Shown one piece after another: positions 39,595 to 50,937 of a stretch of DNA of 64,000 nucleotides; within the stretch, counting starts at the first letter, position 1; every line of letters begins with the position of its first letter. The translations under genes and the position numbers were made by a program. Location: positions 416,001 to 480,000 of the forward strand of contig CAVURN010000003.1 in NCBI GenBank assembly GCA_963743915.1, written 5' to 3'. This stretch comes from an uncultured Actinomycetota bacterium. GTDB lineage: Bacteria; Actinomycetota; Actinomycetes; JAHEKZ01. Below the pieces are notes generated by a model, which was not told where the DNA came from, searched no databases, and saw nothing but the letters and a program-made list of their open reading frames with translations.

Positions 39595-41442
39595 ATGGGC
39601 CGAGCCGTCGGAATCGACCTCGGGACGACCAACTCGGTCGTCTCGGTCCTCGAGGGTGGCGAACCCACCGTCATCGCCAACGCCGAGGGCGCCCGCACCA
39701 CGCCGAGCATCGTGGCCTTCGCCAAGAACGGCGAGGTCCTCGTCGGCGAGGTCGCCAAGCGCCAGGCGGTCACCAACCCCGACCGCACCATCCGGTCGGT
39801 CAAGCGCCACATGGGCACGACCTGGTCCGTCGACATCGACGGCAAGGCCTACACCGCCCAGGAGATCAGCGCCCGGGTGCTGCAGAAGCTCAAGCGCGAC
39901 GCCGAGGCGTACCTCGGTGAGCCGGTCACCGAGGCCGTCGTCACCGTGCCCGCGTACTTCAACGACGCCCAGCGCCAGGCGACCAAGGAGGCCGGCGAGA
40001 TCGCCGGCCTGAACGTCCTCCGGATCATCAACGAGCCGACGTCGGCCGCCCTCGCGTACGGGCTCGACAAGGGTGACCTCGAGCAGACGGTCCTCGTCTT
40101 CGACCTCGGTGGCGGCACGTTCGACGTGTCCCTGCTCGAGATCGGCGAGGGTGTCGTCGAGGTCAAGGCGACCAGCGGCGACAACCACCTCGGGGGCGAC
40201 GACTGGGACGACGCCGTCGTCACCCACCTCGTCGACCGCTTCAAGGCAGGGCACGGCATCGACCTGTCCAAGGACAAGATGGCGATGCAGCGCGTCCGGG
40301 AGGCGGCTGAGAAGGCGAAGATCGAGCTGTCCAGCTCCAGCCAGACGTCGATCAACCTGCCGTACATCACCATCGACGCCGAGAAGAACCCGCTCTTCCT
40401 CGACGAGACGCTCACGCGTGCGCAGTTCCAGAACATGACGCACGACCTGCTCGAGCGCACCCGTCGGCCGTTCGAGACCGTCATCAAGGACGCCGGGATC
40501 AAGGTCGGCGACATCGACCAGATCATCCTGGTCGGCGGTTCCACCCGGATGCCCGCAGTGGCTGACCTCGTGCGCGAGCTGACCGGCGGCAAGGAGCCGA
40601 ACAAGTCGGTCAACCCCGACGAGGTCGTGTCCGTGGGTGCAGCGCTGCAGGCGGGCGTGCTCAAGGGTGAGGTCAAGGACGTCCTGCTGCTCGACGTGAC
40701 CCCGCTGTCACTGGGCATCGAGACCAAGGGCGGCATCATGACCAAGCTGATCGAGCGCAACACCACGATCCCGACCAAGAAGTCGGAGATCTTCACCACG
40801 GCGGACGACAACCAGCCGTCGGTGCAGATCCAGGTCTACCAGGGGGAGCGCGAGATCGCCGCGTACAACAAGAAGCTCGGCATGTTCGAGCTGACCGGTC
40901 TGCCACCGGCACCGCGCGGCATCCCGCAGATCGAGGTCGCGTTCGACATCGATGCCAACGGCATCGTGCACGTCCACGCCAAGGACCTTGCCACCGGCAA
41001 GGAGAACTCGGTCAAGATCTCCGGCGGCTCCGCGCTGAGCAAGGAGGAGATCGACCGGATGATGTCCGACGCCGAGAGCCACGCCGCCGAGGACGCCGCC
41101 CGCCGCGAGGAGGCCGAGGTCCGCAACTCCGCGGATGCGTTGGTCTACCAGACCGAGCGGTTCCTGGCCGACAACGCGGACAAGGTGCCTGCGGAGGCCA
41201 AGGCCAACGTGGACGAGCCGCTCGCCGAGCTGAAGAAGCTGCTCGAGGCCGAGGGCACGGACACCGAGGCGATCAAGGCCGCGGTCGAGAAGGTGGCGAC
41301 GGCCAGCCAGGCGCTCGGCGCCGCGATGTACCAGAGCGGTGACACGCCGGCCGCCGGTTCCGAAGCGACCTCCCCCGACGACGACATCGTCGACGCCGAG
41401 ATCGTCGACGAGGGGGACACGGACGAGGGTGCGAAGGCATGA
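39595..41442 (+). CDS. dnaK: Chaperone DnaK
   Basis: [35 protein letters not shown]. Confidence 0.99.
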   Translation: MGRAVGIDLGTTNSVVSVLEGGEPTVIANAEGARTTPSIVAFAKNGEVLVGEVAKRQAVTNPDRTIRSVKRHMGTTWSVDIDGKAYTAQEISARVLQKLKRDAEAYLGEPVTEAVVTVPAYFNDAQRQATKEAGEIAGLNVLRIINEPTSAALAYGLDKGDLEQTVLVFDLGGGTFDVSLLEIGEGVVEVKATSGDNHLGGDDWDDAVVTHLVDRFKAGHGIDLSKDKMAMQRVREAAEKAKIELSSSSQTSINLPYITIDAEKNPLFLDETLTRAQFQNMTHDLLERTRRPFETVIKDAGIKVGDIDQIILVGGSTRMPAVADLVRELTGGKEPNKSVNPDEVVSVGAALQAGVLKGEVKDVLLLDVTPLSLGIETKGGIMTKLIERNTTIPTKKSEIFTTADDNQPSVQIQVYQGEREIAAYNKKLGMFELTGLPPAPRGIPQIEVAFDIDANGIVHVHAKDLATGKENSVKISGGSALSKEEIDRMMSDAESHAAEDAARREEAEVRNSADALVYQTERFLADNADKVPAEAKANVDEPLAELKKLLEAEGTDTEAIKAAVEKVATASQALGAAMYQSGDTPAAGSEATSPDDDIVDAEIVDEGDTDEGAKA

Positions 41443-42026
41443 CGGAGCAGGAGCCGAGTGGTCCGGTGATCCGCGACAAGCGGCGCATCGACCCTGAGAC
41501 CGGTCAGGTGCGAGAGGCGGCGGCCACGGTCGCTGCCTCTGCACCTGATGAGGCACTGGCCGATGAACAGGCAGCGGCCGCAGTCGTCGAAGGCGACCTG
41601 GCCGCGCTCGAGGCGCAGCTCGCCGAGCGCACCTCCGACGTGCAGCGTGTCCATGCCGAGTACGCCAACTACCGCAAACGTGTGGACCGTGACCGTGAGC
41701 TGGTGCGCGACCAGGCGACGGCCGCGGTGCTGGCTGAGCTGCTCACGGTGCTCGATGACATCGACCGGGCACGCGAGCACGACGAGCTGAACGGCGGCTT
41801 CAAGTCGGTCGCCGAGGCGCTGGAGGCGATCACGGGCAAGCTCGGCCTCGAGAGGTACGGCACCCCAGGTGAGCCGTTCGACCCCACGGTCCATGAGGCG
41901 CTCACCCACACCGAGGACGAGGCGGTCACCGAGACCACGTGCGTCGCGGTCTTCCAGCCCGGCTACCGGTTCGCGGGGCGCGTGCTGCGTCCGGCGCGGG
42001 TCGCCGTCGCCGATCCCCCCGCCTGA
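41439..42026 (+). CDS. grpE: Nucleotide exchange factor GrpE
   Basis: [20 protein letters not shown]...RVLRPARV. Confidence 0.97.
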   Translation: MTEQEPSGPVIRDKRRIDPETGQVREAAATVAASAPDEALADEQAAAAVVEGDLAALEAQLAERTSDVQRVHAEYANYRKRVDRDRELVRDQATAAVLAELLTVLDDIDRAREHDELNGGFKSVAEALEAITGKLGLERYGTPGEPFDPTVHEALTHTEDEAVTETTCVAVFQPGYRFAGRVLRPARVAVADPPA

Positions 42027-42063
42027 CCCGAGAACGACGCGAGACCACCGAAGGAGGTGACCC

Positions 42064-43215
42064 ATGAGCGCTCGGGACTACCTCGAGAAGGACTACTACG
42101 CCCTGCTCGGGGTCACCAAGACCGCCACCGCGGACGAGATCAAGAAGGCGTACCGCAAGCTGGCCCGCCAGTACCACCCGGACGCCAACGCCGGTGACAG
42201 CAAGGCGGAGGAGAAGTTCAAGGAGATCTCCGAGGCCTACGACGTCCTCTCCGACGACGCCAAGCGCCGTGAGTACGACGAGATGCGTCAGTACGGCGGG
42301 TCGTTCGGCGGCGGTGGATTCGGCGGGGCCCCCGGCGGGTTCGGTCCAGGTGGCGCCAGCACGGTCAACCTCGGCGACCTCTTCGGGGACTCCGGGCTGG
42401 GCGACATGCTCGGCGGGCTGTTCGGGCAGGGCGGGCGCGGGGGCCACCGTCGGGCGAGCAAGGGGGACGACCTTGCTGCGCGCGTGACCCTCGGTTTCCG
42501 CGAGGCGGTCAACGGCGTCACCACCCAGGTCCAGCTGCGCTCGGAGGCCGCCTGCCCGACCTGCGGCGGCAGCGGAGCCAAGCCCGGCACCTCACCCCAC
42601 ACCTGCGCCGTCTGCGGAGGGAGCGGTCAGACCGTCCGGCAGCAGGGCGGGTTCGGTTTCGCCGAGCCGTGTCGCGCCTGTCACGGACGAGGGACCGTGG
42701 TCGACGACCCGTGCAGCACCTGCCAGGGGGTCGGCGTCACTCCGCAGACGCGCACCGTCAAGGTGCGCGTCCCTGCCGGGATCAAGGACGGCGGCACGCT
42801 GCGGGTGCCGGGCAAAGGTGCTCCGGGGCGCGGCGGTGGTACCGCCGGCGACCTTCTCGTCACCGTCCACGTGCAGCCACACCCGGTGTTCAGCCGGAAG
42901 GGCGAGCACCTCACCGTGACCTTGCCCATCACCTTCGCCGAGGCTGCGCTCGGCGCCACGGTCAGCGTGCCGACGCTCGACGGCGAGCCGGTCAGCCTGA
43001 AGATCCCTGCCGGCACCCCGAGTGGCCGCACCTTCCGCGTACGGGGACGGGGGATCGCGATGAAGAGCAAGCAGGGCGACCTGCTGGTGACCGTCGAGGT
43101 CGCCGTTCCGCAACGAAGCGACGGCAAGGCCAAGAAGGCACTGCAGGCGTACGCCGAGGCCACGGCGGACGACGACCCGCGCACCGACCTGATCGCGCAA
43201 GCCGGAAAGGACTGA
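42064..43215 (+). CDS. dnaJ: Chaperone DnaJ
   Basis: J-domain HPD, G/F-rich region, four CxxCxGxG motifs. Confidence 0.98.
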   Translation: MSARDYLEKDYYALLGVTKTATADEIKKAYRKLARQYHPDANAGDSKAEEKFKEISEAYDVLSDDAKRREYDEMRQYGGSFGGGGFGGAPGGFGPGGASTVNLGDLFGDSGLGDMLGGLFGQGGRGGHRRASKGDDLAARVTLGFREAVNGVTTQVQLRSEAACPTCGGSGAKPGTSPHTCAVCGGSGQTVRQQGGFGFAEPCRACHGRGTVVDDPCSTCQGVGVTPQTRTVKVRVPAGIKDGGTLRVPGKGAPGRGGGTAGDLLVTVHVQPHPVFSRKGEHLTVTLPITFAEAALGATVSVPTLDGEPVSLKIPAGTPSGRTFRVRGRGIAMKSKQGDLLVTVEVAVPQRSDGKAKKALQAYAEATADDDPRTDLIAQAGKD

Positions 43216-43217
43216 CG

Positions 43218-43631
43218 ATGGACGCCAGCAGCTTCGACGACTTCGACGCCGCGCCGGTCTTCGCCATCTCCGTGGTCGCCCAGATCACCGGGATGCACCC
43301 GCAGACGCTCCGCCAGTACGACCGGGTGGGGCTCGTCAGCCCGCAACGCACCAGTGGCGGTGGACGTCGCTACTCCGCACGTGACGTCGAGCGGCTGCGT
43401 GAGATCCAGCAGCTCTCCGGCGAGGGCATCGGCCTGACCGGCGTCAAGCGGATCCTCGAGCTCGAGCAGCTCACCGCCACGCTGCGCCAGCGGGTTGCTG
43501 AGCTCGAAGCCGAGCTCGACGCCGCTCGTCACGCGCTTGCGCAGGTCGACCGCACCCCGGGCAGCTCGGTCGTGCTCCGCGACAGCGCCGCGGTCGTCGT
43601 GTGGCGACGTCCCCCGCGATCCACCTTCTAG
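43218..43631 (+). CDS. hspR: Heat-shock repressor HspR (MerR family)
   Basis: [37 protein letters not shown]; position after dnaJ. Confidence 0.96.
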   Translation: MDASSFDDFDAAPVFAISVVAQITGMHPQTLRQYDRVGLVSPQRTSGGGRRYSARDVERLREIQQLSGEGIGLTGVKRILELEQLTATLRQRVAELEAELDAARHALAQVDRTPGSSVVLRDSAAVVVWRRPPRSTF

Positions 43632-43651
43632 CGACACCCACGGGAGCCGAC

Positions 43652-46222
43652 ATGGAGTTCACCACCCGCAGCAGGGAGGCGCTGGCGAGCGCCCAGCAGG
43701 CCGCGGTCTCCGGGGGTAATCCCCAGCTGGAGCCGGTGCACCTGCTGGCCGCCCTGGCCGACGAGACGGACGGCATCCCCGCCGCGCTGCTGCAGGCGCT
43801 CGGCGTCGAGCGCCCCGACCTCGCCGCAAAGGCGCACGCAGCCACGAACCGACTGCCGCAGGTGGCGGGCGCAACGGCGTCCGGGCCGCAGGCCTCCGGC
43901 GCGCTGCAGCGCGTGCTCGCGCGCGCCCAGGAGCGCGCGCAGGAGCGTGGTGACTCGTACGTGAGCACCGAGCATCTGCTGGTGGCGCTGGCCGGAGTCC
44001 CCGGTGAGGCGGCTGACCTGCTGTCGGCATCGGGTGCCACCGAGACCGCCCTCGCGGACGCCCTGGAGCGCGTTCGCGGCAATGCCCGCGTCACCACCGC
44101 GGATCCGGAGGGCACCTTCCAGGCGCTGGAAAAGTACGGGGTCGACCTCACCGCCCGAGCCCGCGACGGCAAGATCGACCCGGTCATCGGCAGGGACGCC
44201 GAGATCCGTCGGGTGGTGCAGGTGCTGTCGCGGCGCACCAAGAACAACCCGGTGCTGATCGGTGAGCCCGGCGTCGGCAAGACCGCCGTCGTCGAGGGCC
44301 TCGCCTCGCGCATGGTGGCCGGCGACGTGCCGGAGTCGCTGCGCGGCAAGCGGCTCGTCGCCCTCGACCTCGGGGCCATGGTGGCGGGCGCGAAGTACCG
44401 CGGCGAGTTCGAGGAGCGGCTCAAGGCCGTGCTCGACGAGATCAAGGAGTCCGACGGCCAGGTCGTCACCTTCATCGACGAGATGCACACCGTCGTCGGA
44501 GCGGGTGCCACGGGTGACTCGGCGATGGACGCCAGCAACATGCTCAAGCCGATGCTCGCGCGCGGCGAGCTGCGCATGATCGGGGCGACCACGCTCGACG
44601 AGTACCGCGAGCACGTCGAGAAGGACCCAGCGCTCGAGCGCCGGTTCCAGCAGGTGCTCGTCGACGAGCCGAGCGTCGAGGACACCGTCGCCATCCTGCG
44701 CGGCCTCAAGGAACGCTATGAGGCGCATCACAAGGTCCAGATCGAGGACACGGCGCTCGTCGCCGCCGCCGGCCTCTCGCACCGGTACATCCCCGCTCGA
44801 CAGCTGCCCGACAAGGCGATCGACCTCGTCGACGAGGCGGCCTCACGCCTGCGCATGGAGATCGACTCCAGTCCGGTCGAGATCGACCAGCTCCAGCGGC
44901 AGGTCGACCGGCTCCGCATGGAAGAGATGGCCCTGGCGCGCGAGACCGACGAGGCGTCGAAGGAGCGGCTCGCCACCCTGCGAGCGGACCTGGCCGACCT
45001 GCAGGAGCAACTGGCCGCCCTGCAGACCCGGTGGGAGCAGGAGAAGGCCGGGCTGAACCGGGTCGGCGCGCTCAAGGAGCAGGTGGATGCACTGCGCGTG
45101 CAGGCCGAGCGAGCCCAGCGGGACGGCGACCTCGCGACCGCGTCGGAGCTGCTCTACGGCGAGATCCCGGCACTCGAGAAGCAGATCGCCGAGGCGTCCG
45201 CGACCATGGAGACCGAGCCGATGGTGAAGGAGACCGTCGGCCCCGACGACATCGCCGAGGTCGTCGCCGCGTGGACCGGGATCCCCGCGGGGCGTCTGCT
45301 CGAAGGCGAAGCGGCCAAGCTGCTGCGCATGGAGGACGAGCTGGGCCGTCAGGTGATCGGCCAACGCGAGGCGATCGGTGCGGTGTCGGACGCGGTGCGT
45401 CGGGCCCGTGCGGGGATCGCCGACCCGAACCGTCCCACCGGGTCGTTCTTGTTCCTCGGTCCGACCGGTGTCGGAAAGACCGAGCTGGCCAAGGCGCTCG
45501 CCGACTTCCTCTTCGACGACCCGCACGCCATGGTGCGCATCGACATGAGCGAGTACGGCGAGAAGCACTCCGTCGCGCGGCTGGTCGGCGCGCCCCCCGG
45601 CTACGTCGGGTACGAGGAGGGCGGTCAGCTCACCGAGGCGGTGCGCCGGCGTCCCTACTCCGTCGTGCTGCTCGACGAGGTCGAGAAGGCGCACCCCGAG
45701 GTGTTCGACGTCCTGCTGCAGGTGCTCGACGACGGACGGCTCACCGACGGTCAGGGGCGGGTCGTCGACTTCACCAACGCGCTGCTGATCCTCACGTCCA
45801 ACCTGGGCTCGACCTACCTGGTCGACCCCGAGCTCGACACGGCGACCAAGCGGGAACGGGTGATGGGCGTCGTGCGCTCCACGTTCAAGCCGGAGTTCCT
45901 CAACCGGCTCGACGACGTCGTGCTCTTCGAGGCGTTGTCGGAGGACGAGCTCGCCACCATCGTCCAGCTGCAGGTCGGGCTGCTGGCACGGCGGCTCGCT
46001 GACCGCCGGATCGGCCTCGACGTCACCTCCGACGCCGCGACCTGGCTGGCCCGCGAAGGGTACGACCCCGCGTACGGAGCGCGCCCGCTGCGTCGGCTCA
46101 TCCAGACCGAGATCGGTGACCGGCTGGCCCGTCAGATCATCGCCGGCGAGGTGCACGACGGCGACACCGTGGTGGTGGATGCGTCGTCGGACGGGGCGGG
46201 ACTGACCCTCACCGCTCGGTGA
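43652..46222 (+). CDS. clpB: Chaperone ClpB
   Basis: Two AAA modules ([16 protein letters not shown]), coiled-coil M domain, GAPPGYVGY. Confidence 0.98.
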   Translation: MEFTTRSREALASAQQAAVSGGNPQLEPVHLLAALADETDGIPAALLQALGVERPDLAAKAHAATNRLPQVAGATASGPQASGALQRVLARAQERAQERGDSYVSTEHLLVALAGVPGEAADLLSASGATETALADALERVRGNARVTTADPEGTFQALEKYGVDLTARARDGKIDPVIGRDAEIRRVVQVLSRRTKNNPVLIGEPGVGKTAVVEGLASRMVAGDVPESLRGKRLVALDLGAMVAGAKYRGEFEERLKAVLDEIKESDGQVVTFIDEMHTVVGAGATGDSAMDASNMLKPMLARGELRMIGATTLDEYREHVEKDPALERRFQQVLVDEPSVEDTVAILRGLKERYEAHHKVQIEDTALVAAAGLSHRYIPARQLPDKAIDLVDEAASRLRMEIDSSPVEIDQLQRQVDRLRMEEMALARETDEASKERLATLRADLADLQEQLAALQTRWEQEKAGLNRVGALKEQVDALRVQAERAQRDGDLATASELLYGEIPALEKQIAEASATMETEPMVKETVGPDDIAEVVAAWTGIPAGRLLEGEAAKLLRMEDELGRQVIGQREAIGAVSDAVRRARAGIADPNRPTGSFLFLGPTGVGKTELAKALADFLFDDPHAMVRIDMSEYGEKHSVARLVGAPPGYVGYEEGGQLTEAVRRRPYSVVLLDEVEKAHPEVFDVLLQVLDDGRLTDGQGRVVDFTNALLILTSNLGSTYLVDPELDTATKRERVMGVVRSTFKPEFLNRLDDVVLFEALSEDELATIVQLQVGLLARRLADRRIGLDVTSDAATWLAREGYDPAYGARPLRRLIQTEIGDRLARQIIAGEVHDGDTVVVDASSDGAGLTLTAR

Positions 46223-47036
46223 TCGCCCGGTGGGGGCGGGCGGTGCGTCTGCCCGGACGCGGACTACGGCGTCGATCGGGATCGAGCACGGCCAGGGACA
46301 CCAGGCACCAGGCCCAGCCGAGCAGCAGCCCGGCCACCACGTCGGTGAACCAGTGGACCCCGAGCAGCGCGCGGCTGCCGCCGACGGCGACCCCCAGACC
46401 CACCGCGACCGCGACCAGCAGTCGACGGTCGGCGCGGACCACCACCGCGCTGACCACCAGGGCCAGCGCGAGGTAGGTCGCCGCAGCTGCAGTGGTGTGA
46501 CCTGAGGGGAACGAGTTGCCGCTGAAGGTCGCCAACGGGTCGAGCGCGGGCCGGGGTCGCCCGACCAGCCACTTGATGGCGTTCGCCAGCGCCCACTGGC
46601 CGACGACCACCACCACCAGGAACAGCGCCCATCGGGGGCGCTTGGCCCACGCCAGGAGGAGCGCCGTGGCCACGGCCGCGAGGGTCAGGACCGTGACGGT
46701 GTCACCGAAGTGCGTGATCAGACGCAGGACGTCGGTGCCCAGTGGCCCGGCCTGCTCGCTGGCCCACCGCTCCACCTGGTCGTCCCAACGGCGCACCGGA
46801 GTGTTGCGCTCGACGAGCAGCGCCAAGGCTCCGATCACCACGAACGCCACGGTGAGGGCGCCCATCGCCGGCACCAGCACGGTCGTGCGCGCCACCGGTC
46901 CGGCGTCCTCGAGTGCGTCGTCGAGCGCCTTCTCGATCGGGACCTCGACGCTGCGACGCCAGACGCGCCAGGTCCACGCCCAGTACGTGAGGACGGCGGC
47001 ACCGGCGGAGACGAAGAGCAGGAGGAGGAGAGGCAT
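46209..47036 (-). CDS. PAP2 family phosphatase
   Basis: KWLVGRPRP, SFPSGH, SRALLGVHWFTDV. Confidence 0.92.
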   Translation of the reverse strand: MPLLLLLFVSAGAAVLTYWAWTWRVWRRSVEVPIEKALDDALEDAGPVARTTVLVPAMGALTVAFVVIGALALLVERNTPVRRWDDQVERWASEQAGPLGTDVLRLITHFGDTVTVLTLAAVATALLLAWAKRPRWALFLVVVVVGQWALANAIKWLVGRPRPALDPLATFSGNSFPSGHTTAAAATYLALALVVSAVVVRADRRLLVAVAVGLGVAVGGSRALLGVHWFTDVVAGLLLGWAWCLVSLAVLDPDRRRSPRPGRRTARPHRAITER

Positions 47037-47043
47037 GCTCGCT

Positions 47044-47068
47044 GTTTACCCCCTCATCCGCCGGGTAT
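47044..47068. promoter_or_regulatory. Overlapping divergent SigB/F-type promoters
   Basis: + strand GTTT-N15-GGGTAT; - strand GCAT-N15-GGGTAA; each -10 lies 9 nt from an ATG. Confidence 0.7.
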
Positions 47069-47077
47069 GCCCTGCTC

Positions 47078-47815
47078 ATGTCTGAAACCGCTCTCGCCGA
47101 GCGTTGGGAGCGGGAACCCGCCCTCAGCGTCAGCGCCGCCCGCCGATGGTCCTCCTACGCCCGCGTGACGGCATTGGGGTGGGTCACCCTTCTCGCCGTC
47201 CTCGCCGGAACCGGCCTGCTCCTGACCGGCCCGCTGGCCGACTCCGCCCTCGTCCGGTGGGACGAACGGCTGCCCGAGCAGTGGGAGCGAGGGCGGGACG
47301 CGGCGTCCAGCGCTTGGTCGCACAGCGGCAGCACGGTGGGGGACACCCTCACCGTCGTCGGGATCGCGGTGGCCGTCGGGATCGTCCTGCTGGTGATGAA
47401 GCGGTGGGCGTCGGTGCTGCTGCTCGCCACCGCCATGCTCGCCGAGGTCAGCGTCTTCGTCGCCACGACCCTGCTGGTGGCGCGTGACCGCCCGGACGTC
47501 GCACAGATGGATGTGTCGCCCCCGACGTCGTCCTTCCCCTCCGGGCACACCGCCGCTGCGACCGCCCTCGCCCTGAGCCTGGCCCTCATCGTCTCGTGGA
47601 ACGTCCGCTCCACCGCGGTCAAGGTGACGGCGTGGTCGGTCGCCCTGGTCATCGGGCCTGTGGTGGCGGTCGCGCGCGTCTACCGCGGCATGCACCACCC
47701 CACTGACGTGGCCATGGGCCTGGTGATGGGCGCGGCCTGCGTGCTGCTCGCCTGGCTCGCAGTGAGCGCCTGGGCCAGCGACCCTGACCCCCGCCTCACC
47801 GAGGAGAACGCATGA
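47078..47815 (+). CDS. PAP2 family phosphatase
   Basis: RDRP, SFPSGH, RVYRGMHHPTDV. Confidence 0.92.
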   Translation: MSETALAERWEREPALSVSAARRWSSYARVTALGWVTLLAVLAGTGLLLTGPLADSALVRWDERLPEQWERGRDAASSAWSHSGSTVGDTLTVVGIAVAVGIVLLVMKRWASVLLLATAMLAEVSVFVATTLLVARDRPDVAQMDVSPPTSSFPSGHTAAATALALSLALIVSWNVRSTAVKVTAWSVALVIGPVVAVARVYRGMHHPTDVAMGLVMGAACVLLAWLAVSAWASDPDPRLTEENA

Positions 47816-48696
47816 GGATCGCCGTCGTCGCCCACCGGAGGAAGACGCTGGGCGGTGGACTGATGGAGCTGCGCGAGACCTTCGCGCGCCTCGGGATCAC
47901 CGACCTGCTCTGGTACGAGGTCGACAAGAGTCGCAAGGCGCCGAAGCAGGTGAAGCGCGCCCTGGACGAAGGGGCCGAGCGCATCTTCGTCTGGGGCGGT
48001 GACGGCACCGTCCAGCGCTGCCTCGATGTGCTCGCCGGCACGAAGGTCCCGATGGCCGTGCTTCCCGCAGGCACCGGCAATCTCTTCGCGACCAACCTCG
48101 GCATCCCCAAGGACATCGCCGGCGCGGTCGAGGTCGGGCTGCACGGAGAGCTCACCTCACTGGACGTCGGCAACGTCAACGGCGAGCGGTTCGGCGTCAT
48201 GGCGGGCGTCGGGGCCGATGCCCTGATGATCCGGGACGCCGACCGCGGCCTGAAGGACCGTCTGGGACGCGGCGCCTATTTGGTGACGGGGGTGCGCAAC
48301 CTCTCCGACGCCGTTGCCAAGGTCACCGTCGACGTCGACGGCGAGCGCTTCTACAAGGGACCGGCCGGCTGTGTGCTGGTCGGGAACGTCGGCAGAGCGC
48401 TCGGGGGCATCAAGGCGTTCGACGACGCCTCACCCACCGACGGCCGCATCGACGTTGCAGTCGTCACGGCGCGGACGCCCGTGCAGTGGAGTCGCGTCCT
48501 CACGAGGATCGCGGTGGGCCGCACCGCCAACGCCAAGCACGTCAAGGCCGTGGCCGGTCGCAAGGTCGACATCCGACTGAAGAAGAAGCGGCTCTACGAG
48601 ATCGACGGCGGGGACCGGAGCAAGGTGCGGAAGCTGAAGGTCAGGGTCGAGCCCCGGTCCCTGGTGGTGTGCGTCCCCGCTGACGAGGTCGCGTGA
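47812..48696 (+). CDS. Diacylglycerol/lipid kinase family protein
   Basis: WGGDGT, LPAGTGNLFA, EIDGG. Confidence 0.93.
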   Translation: MRIAVVAHRRKTLGGGLMELRETFARLGITDLLWYEVDKSRKAPKQVKRALDEGAERIFVWGGDGTVQRCLDVLAGTKVPMAVLPAGTGNLFATNLGIPKDIAGAVEVGLHGELTSLDVGNVNGERFGVMAGVGADALMIRDADRGLKDRLGRGAYLVTGVRNLSDAVAKVTVDVDGERFYKGPAGCVLVGNVGRALGGIKAFDDASPTDGRIDVAVVTARTPVQWSRVLTRIAVGRTANAKHVKAVAGRKVDIRLKKKRLYEIDGGDRSKVRKLKVRVEPRSLVVCVPADEVA

Positions 48697-49634
48697 TGGG
48701 ACGAGTCGTCGAGGTCCCGGAGACGTACTCCCTCACCGGTGACGACGCGCGCACGACGTTGCGTGAGGCCCACTGGCAGACGGTCCTGCGCCAGGCGTTC
48801 ACGCGCTTGCGCGCCGCCGACGGATTCAGTCACGCCCGCGCACTGGCCTTCGCGCTGGCCCTGCTGATGGTCGAGGCGATCGTCATCGTGGTCGGGATGG
48901 CCGTCGCCACCGGCTCGTCCGCGTTCGCGCGCACCGTCGTCGACGTGATCGAGGGTTCGGTCCCCGGGCCGGCTGGGCAGGTGCTCACCTCCGCGGTCCG
49001 CCAGGCGCAGGAGACCGGCTCCAGCCACCAGTACACGGCGCTGGTCATCGGCCTGGTCGCGGTCCTTGTCACCGGCGCGACCGCCATGGGACAGGTCGAG
49101 CGCTCGTGCAACCGGATCTACGGGATCGAGCAGGACCGGCCCACCAGGCTGAAGTACTCGCGCGCCGCACTGCTGGCCCTCACCGCCGGGCTGATCGGGG
49201 CGCTGGGCACCACCATGCTCGTGCTCGGACGACCCGTGGCGCACGCCATCGACGGATCCTGGGCGGGGACCGTGTGGGACCTCGCCCGATTCCCCCTCGC
49301 GGTGCTGCTGCTGGTCCTGGGCATGACCGTGCTGCTGAAGTGGAGTCCACGACGCCGGCAACCCGGCTACTCGTGGCTGCTGTACGGAGCCGCCCTCTCG
49401 GTGATGCTGCTGGTCGTCGCCTCACTCGCGCTCGCGCTCTTCTTCCGGTGGAGCACCACCTTCGGTGACACCTACGGACCGCTCGCCGGGATGATCGGCC
49501 TGCTGCTGTGGTGCCTGGCGCTGGCGGCGTCCTCGCTCTACGGCGTGGCCATCACCGCCGAGCTCGAGCTCGTCCGGTCCCGCCGGGGTGTGAGCAACGA
49601 CACCCTCCGTGCGGCCCCCGCGGTCACCGTCTGA
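48696..49634 (+). CDS. YihY/BrkB family membrane protein
   Basis: NRIYGIE.DRP, TYGPLAGMIGLLLW; multiple TM helices. Confidence 0.88.
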   Translation: MGRVVEVPETYSLTGDDARTTLREAHWQTVLRQAFTRLRAADGFSHARALAFALALLMVEAIVIVVGMAVATGSSAFARTVVDVIEGSVPGPAGQVLTSAVRQAQETGSSHQYTALVIGLVAVLVTGATAMGQVERSCNRIYGIEQDRPTRLKYSRAALLALTAGLIGALGTTMLVLGRPVAHAIDGSWAGTVWDLARFPLAVLLLVLGMTVLLKWSPRRRQPGYSWLLYGAALSVMLLVVASLALALFFRWSTTFGDTYGPLAGMIGLLLWCLALAASSLYGVAITAELELVRSRRGVSNDTLRAAPAVTV

Positions 49635-49635
49635 G

Positions 49636-49660
49636 GTTTCTCCCGTCGTCGGAGGGGCAT
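49636..49660 (+). promoter_or_regulatory. SigB/F-type promoter candidate
   Basis: GTTT-N15-GGGCAT upstream of the PP2C gene. Confidence 0.5.
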
Positions 49661-49754
49661 CGAGAGGACCCGTGGCCGCCGGCGTGGGGGACCGGCGGTC
49701 ACCCAAGGCTGAGGTCAGGTTGACGAGGCGGCGGCTGGCGGCAATCCTCGCGAG

Positions 49755-50876
49755 GTGATCTCCGACCAGCTGTCGCGACCGTGCCCGTGGTACCGGGACC
49801 GGGGTCTGATTGCCAGCACCGCCTTCAGCGTGGCCGTCCTCGCCTACAACCTCACGCAGGACCAGTTGAGCGAGCAGGTGCACGGGGTTCTCGCGGCGGC
49901 CCCCATGCTTGCTGCGGTGCTCGTCGAACGTGTCTCACGGGTGGCCTGGGCAACTGTGGTGGCAGTTCTCGCGGCCGTCGTCGGGACAATGCCGGCGCAC
50001 GCCAATTGGGACACGTCCCAGAACTTGCGACTCGGGTCGATCCTCCTGACCGGAGTGGTGGGGTGGTTCGCGGCCGACGTGCGGCTGCGCAACCAGCGCC
50101 GGCTGGTGGCGACGCGTGAGGTCGCGAAGACAGCGCAACGAGCCGTGATGCGCATGACGCCGCCCGAGGCCCAGGGCGTCGATGCGGCCGTCCGCTACGT
50201 GTCCGCCAGCGAGGCGGCCAACATCGGCGGGGACGCCTACGAGGCTCTGCTCACTCCCTTCGGTCTTCGCGTGCTGGTGGCTGACGCGAGGGGGAAGGGT
50301 CTGCCGGCGGTGCTGTCCTCGGCCGTCGCCCTTGGTGCCTTTCGGGAGTGGGCATACGAGGAACGTGAGCTGACCGACCTGATCGACCGCATGGACGCCT
50401 CCGTGACGCGCGAGGTCGCCGACGAGGACTTCGTGACCGCACTGGTCGCGGAGTTCAGCGGCAACCGCCTGACCTACGTGGCCGCGGGCCACCCGGCACC
50501 GGTGCTGCTGCGCGACGGGCGGGCCCGTTCCCTGGACGTGCAGCCCTCGCCGCCGCTGTCACTCATCAGTGAGGGGAAGCGACCCGTTGTCGGCGCCGTC
50601 CTGCTGCGGAGAGGCGACGTCGTGCTGATGTTCACCGACGGGCTCGCGGACGCGCGCAATGAGGTCGGGGAGTTCTTCGCAGTCGGTGAGGCGCTGGAGC
50701 GGGTCGCCAAGGACGCCCTGTCGGTCGACGAGTGCGCGGACGGGCTGCTGGCCGAGCTCCGCGAGTACATCCACAGCGATCTCGAGGACGACGTCGCGAT
50801 GGTGGCTCTCCGGGTGACCGACCCGGTCGAGCGGCTCACCGAGCAGGGCATCGACTCAGCCGTGGGCGGCGCCTGA
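49755..50876 (+). CDS. Membrane PP2C/SpoIIE-type phosphatase (RsbU-like)
   Basis: IGGDAY, VADARGKG, AGHP, FTDGLADAR, DDVAM. Confidence 0.92.
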   Translation: MISDQLSRPCPWYRDRGLIASTAFSVAVLAYNLTQDQLSEQVHGVLAAAPMLAAVLVERVSRVAWATVVAVLAAVVGTMPAHANWDTSQNLRLGSILLTGVVGWFAADVRLRNQRRLVATREVAKTAQRAVMRMTPPEAQGVDAAVRYVSASEAANIGGDAYEALLTPFGLRVLVADARGKGLPAVLSSAVALGAFREWAYEERELTDLIDRMDASVTREVADEDFVTALVAEFSGNRLTYVAAGHPAPVLLRDGRARSLDVQPSPPLSLISEGKRPVVGAVLLRRGDVVLMFTDGLADARNEVGEFFAVGEALERVAKDALSVDECADGLLAELREYIHSDLEDDVAMVALRVTDPVERLTEQGIDSAVGGA

Positions 50877-50884
50877 CCAGCGCG

Positions 50885-50909
50885 GTTTGTCCCTCGCGCT
50901 GACGGGTAC
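50885..50909 (+). promoter_or_regulatory. SigB/F-type promoter
   Basis: GTTT-N15-GGGTAC. Confidence 0.7.
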
Positions 50910-50937
50910 GTCTCCCAGGACAGACCTGGAGGTACCC

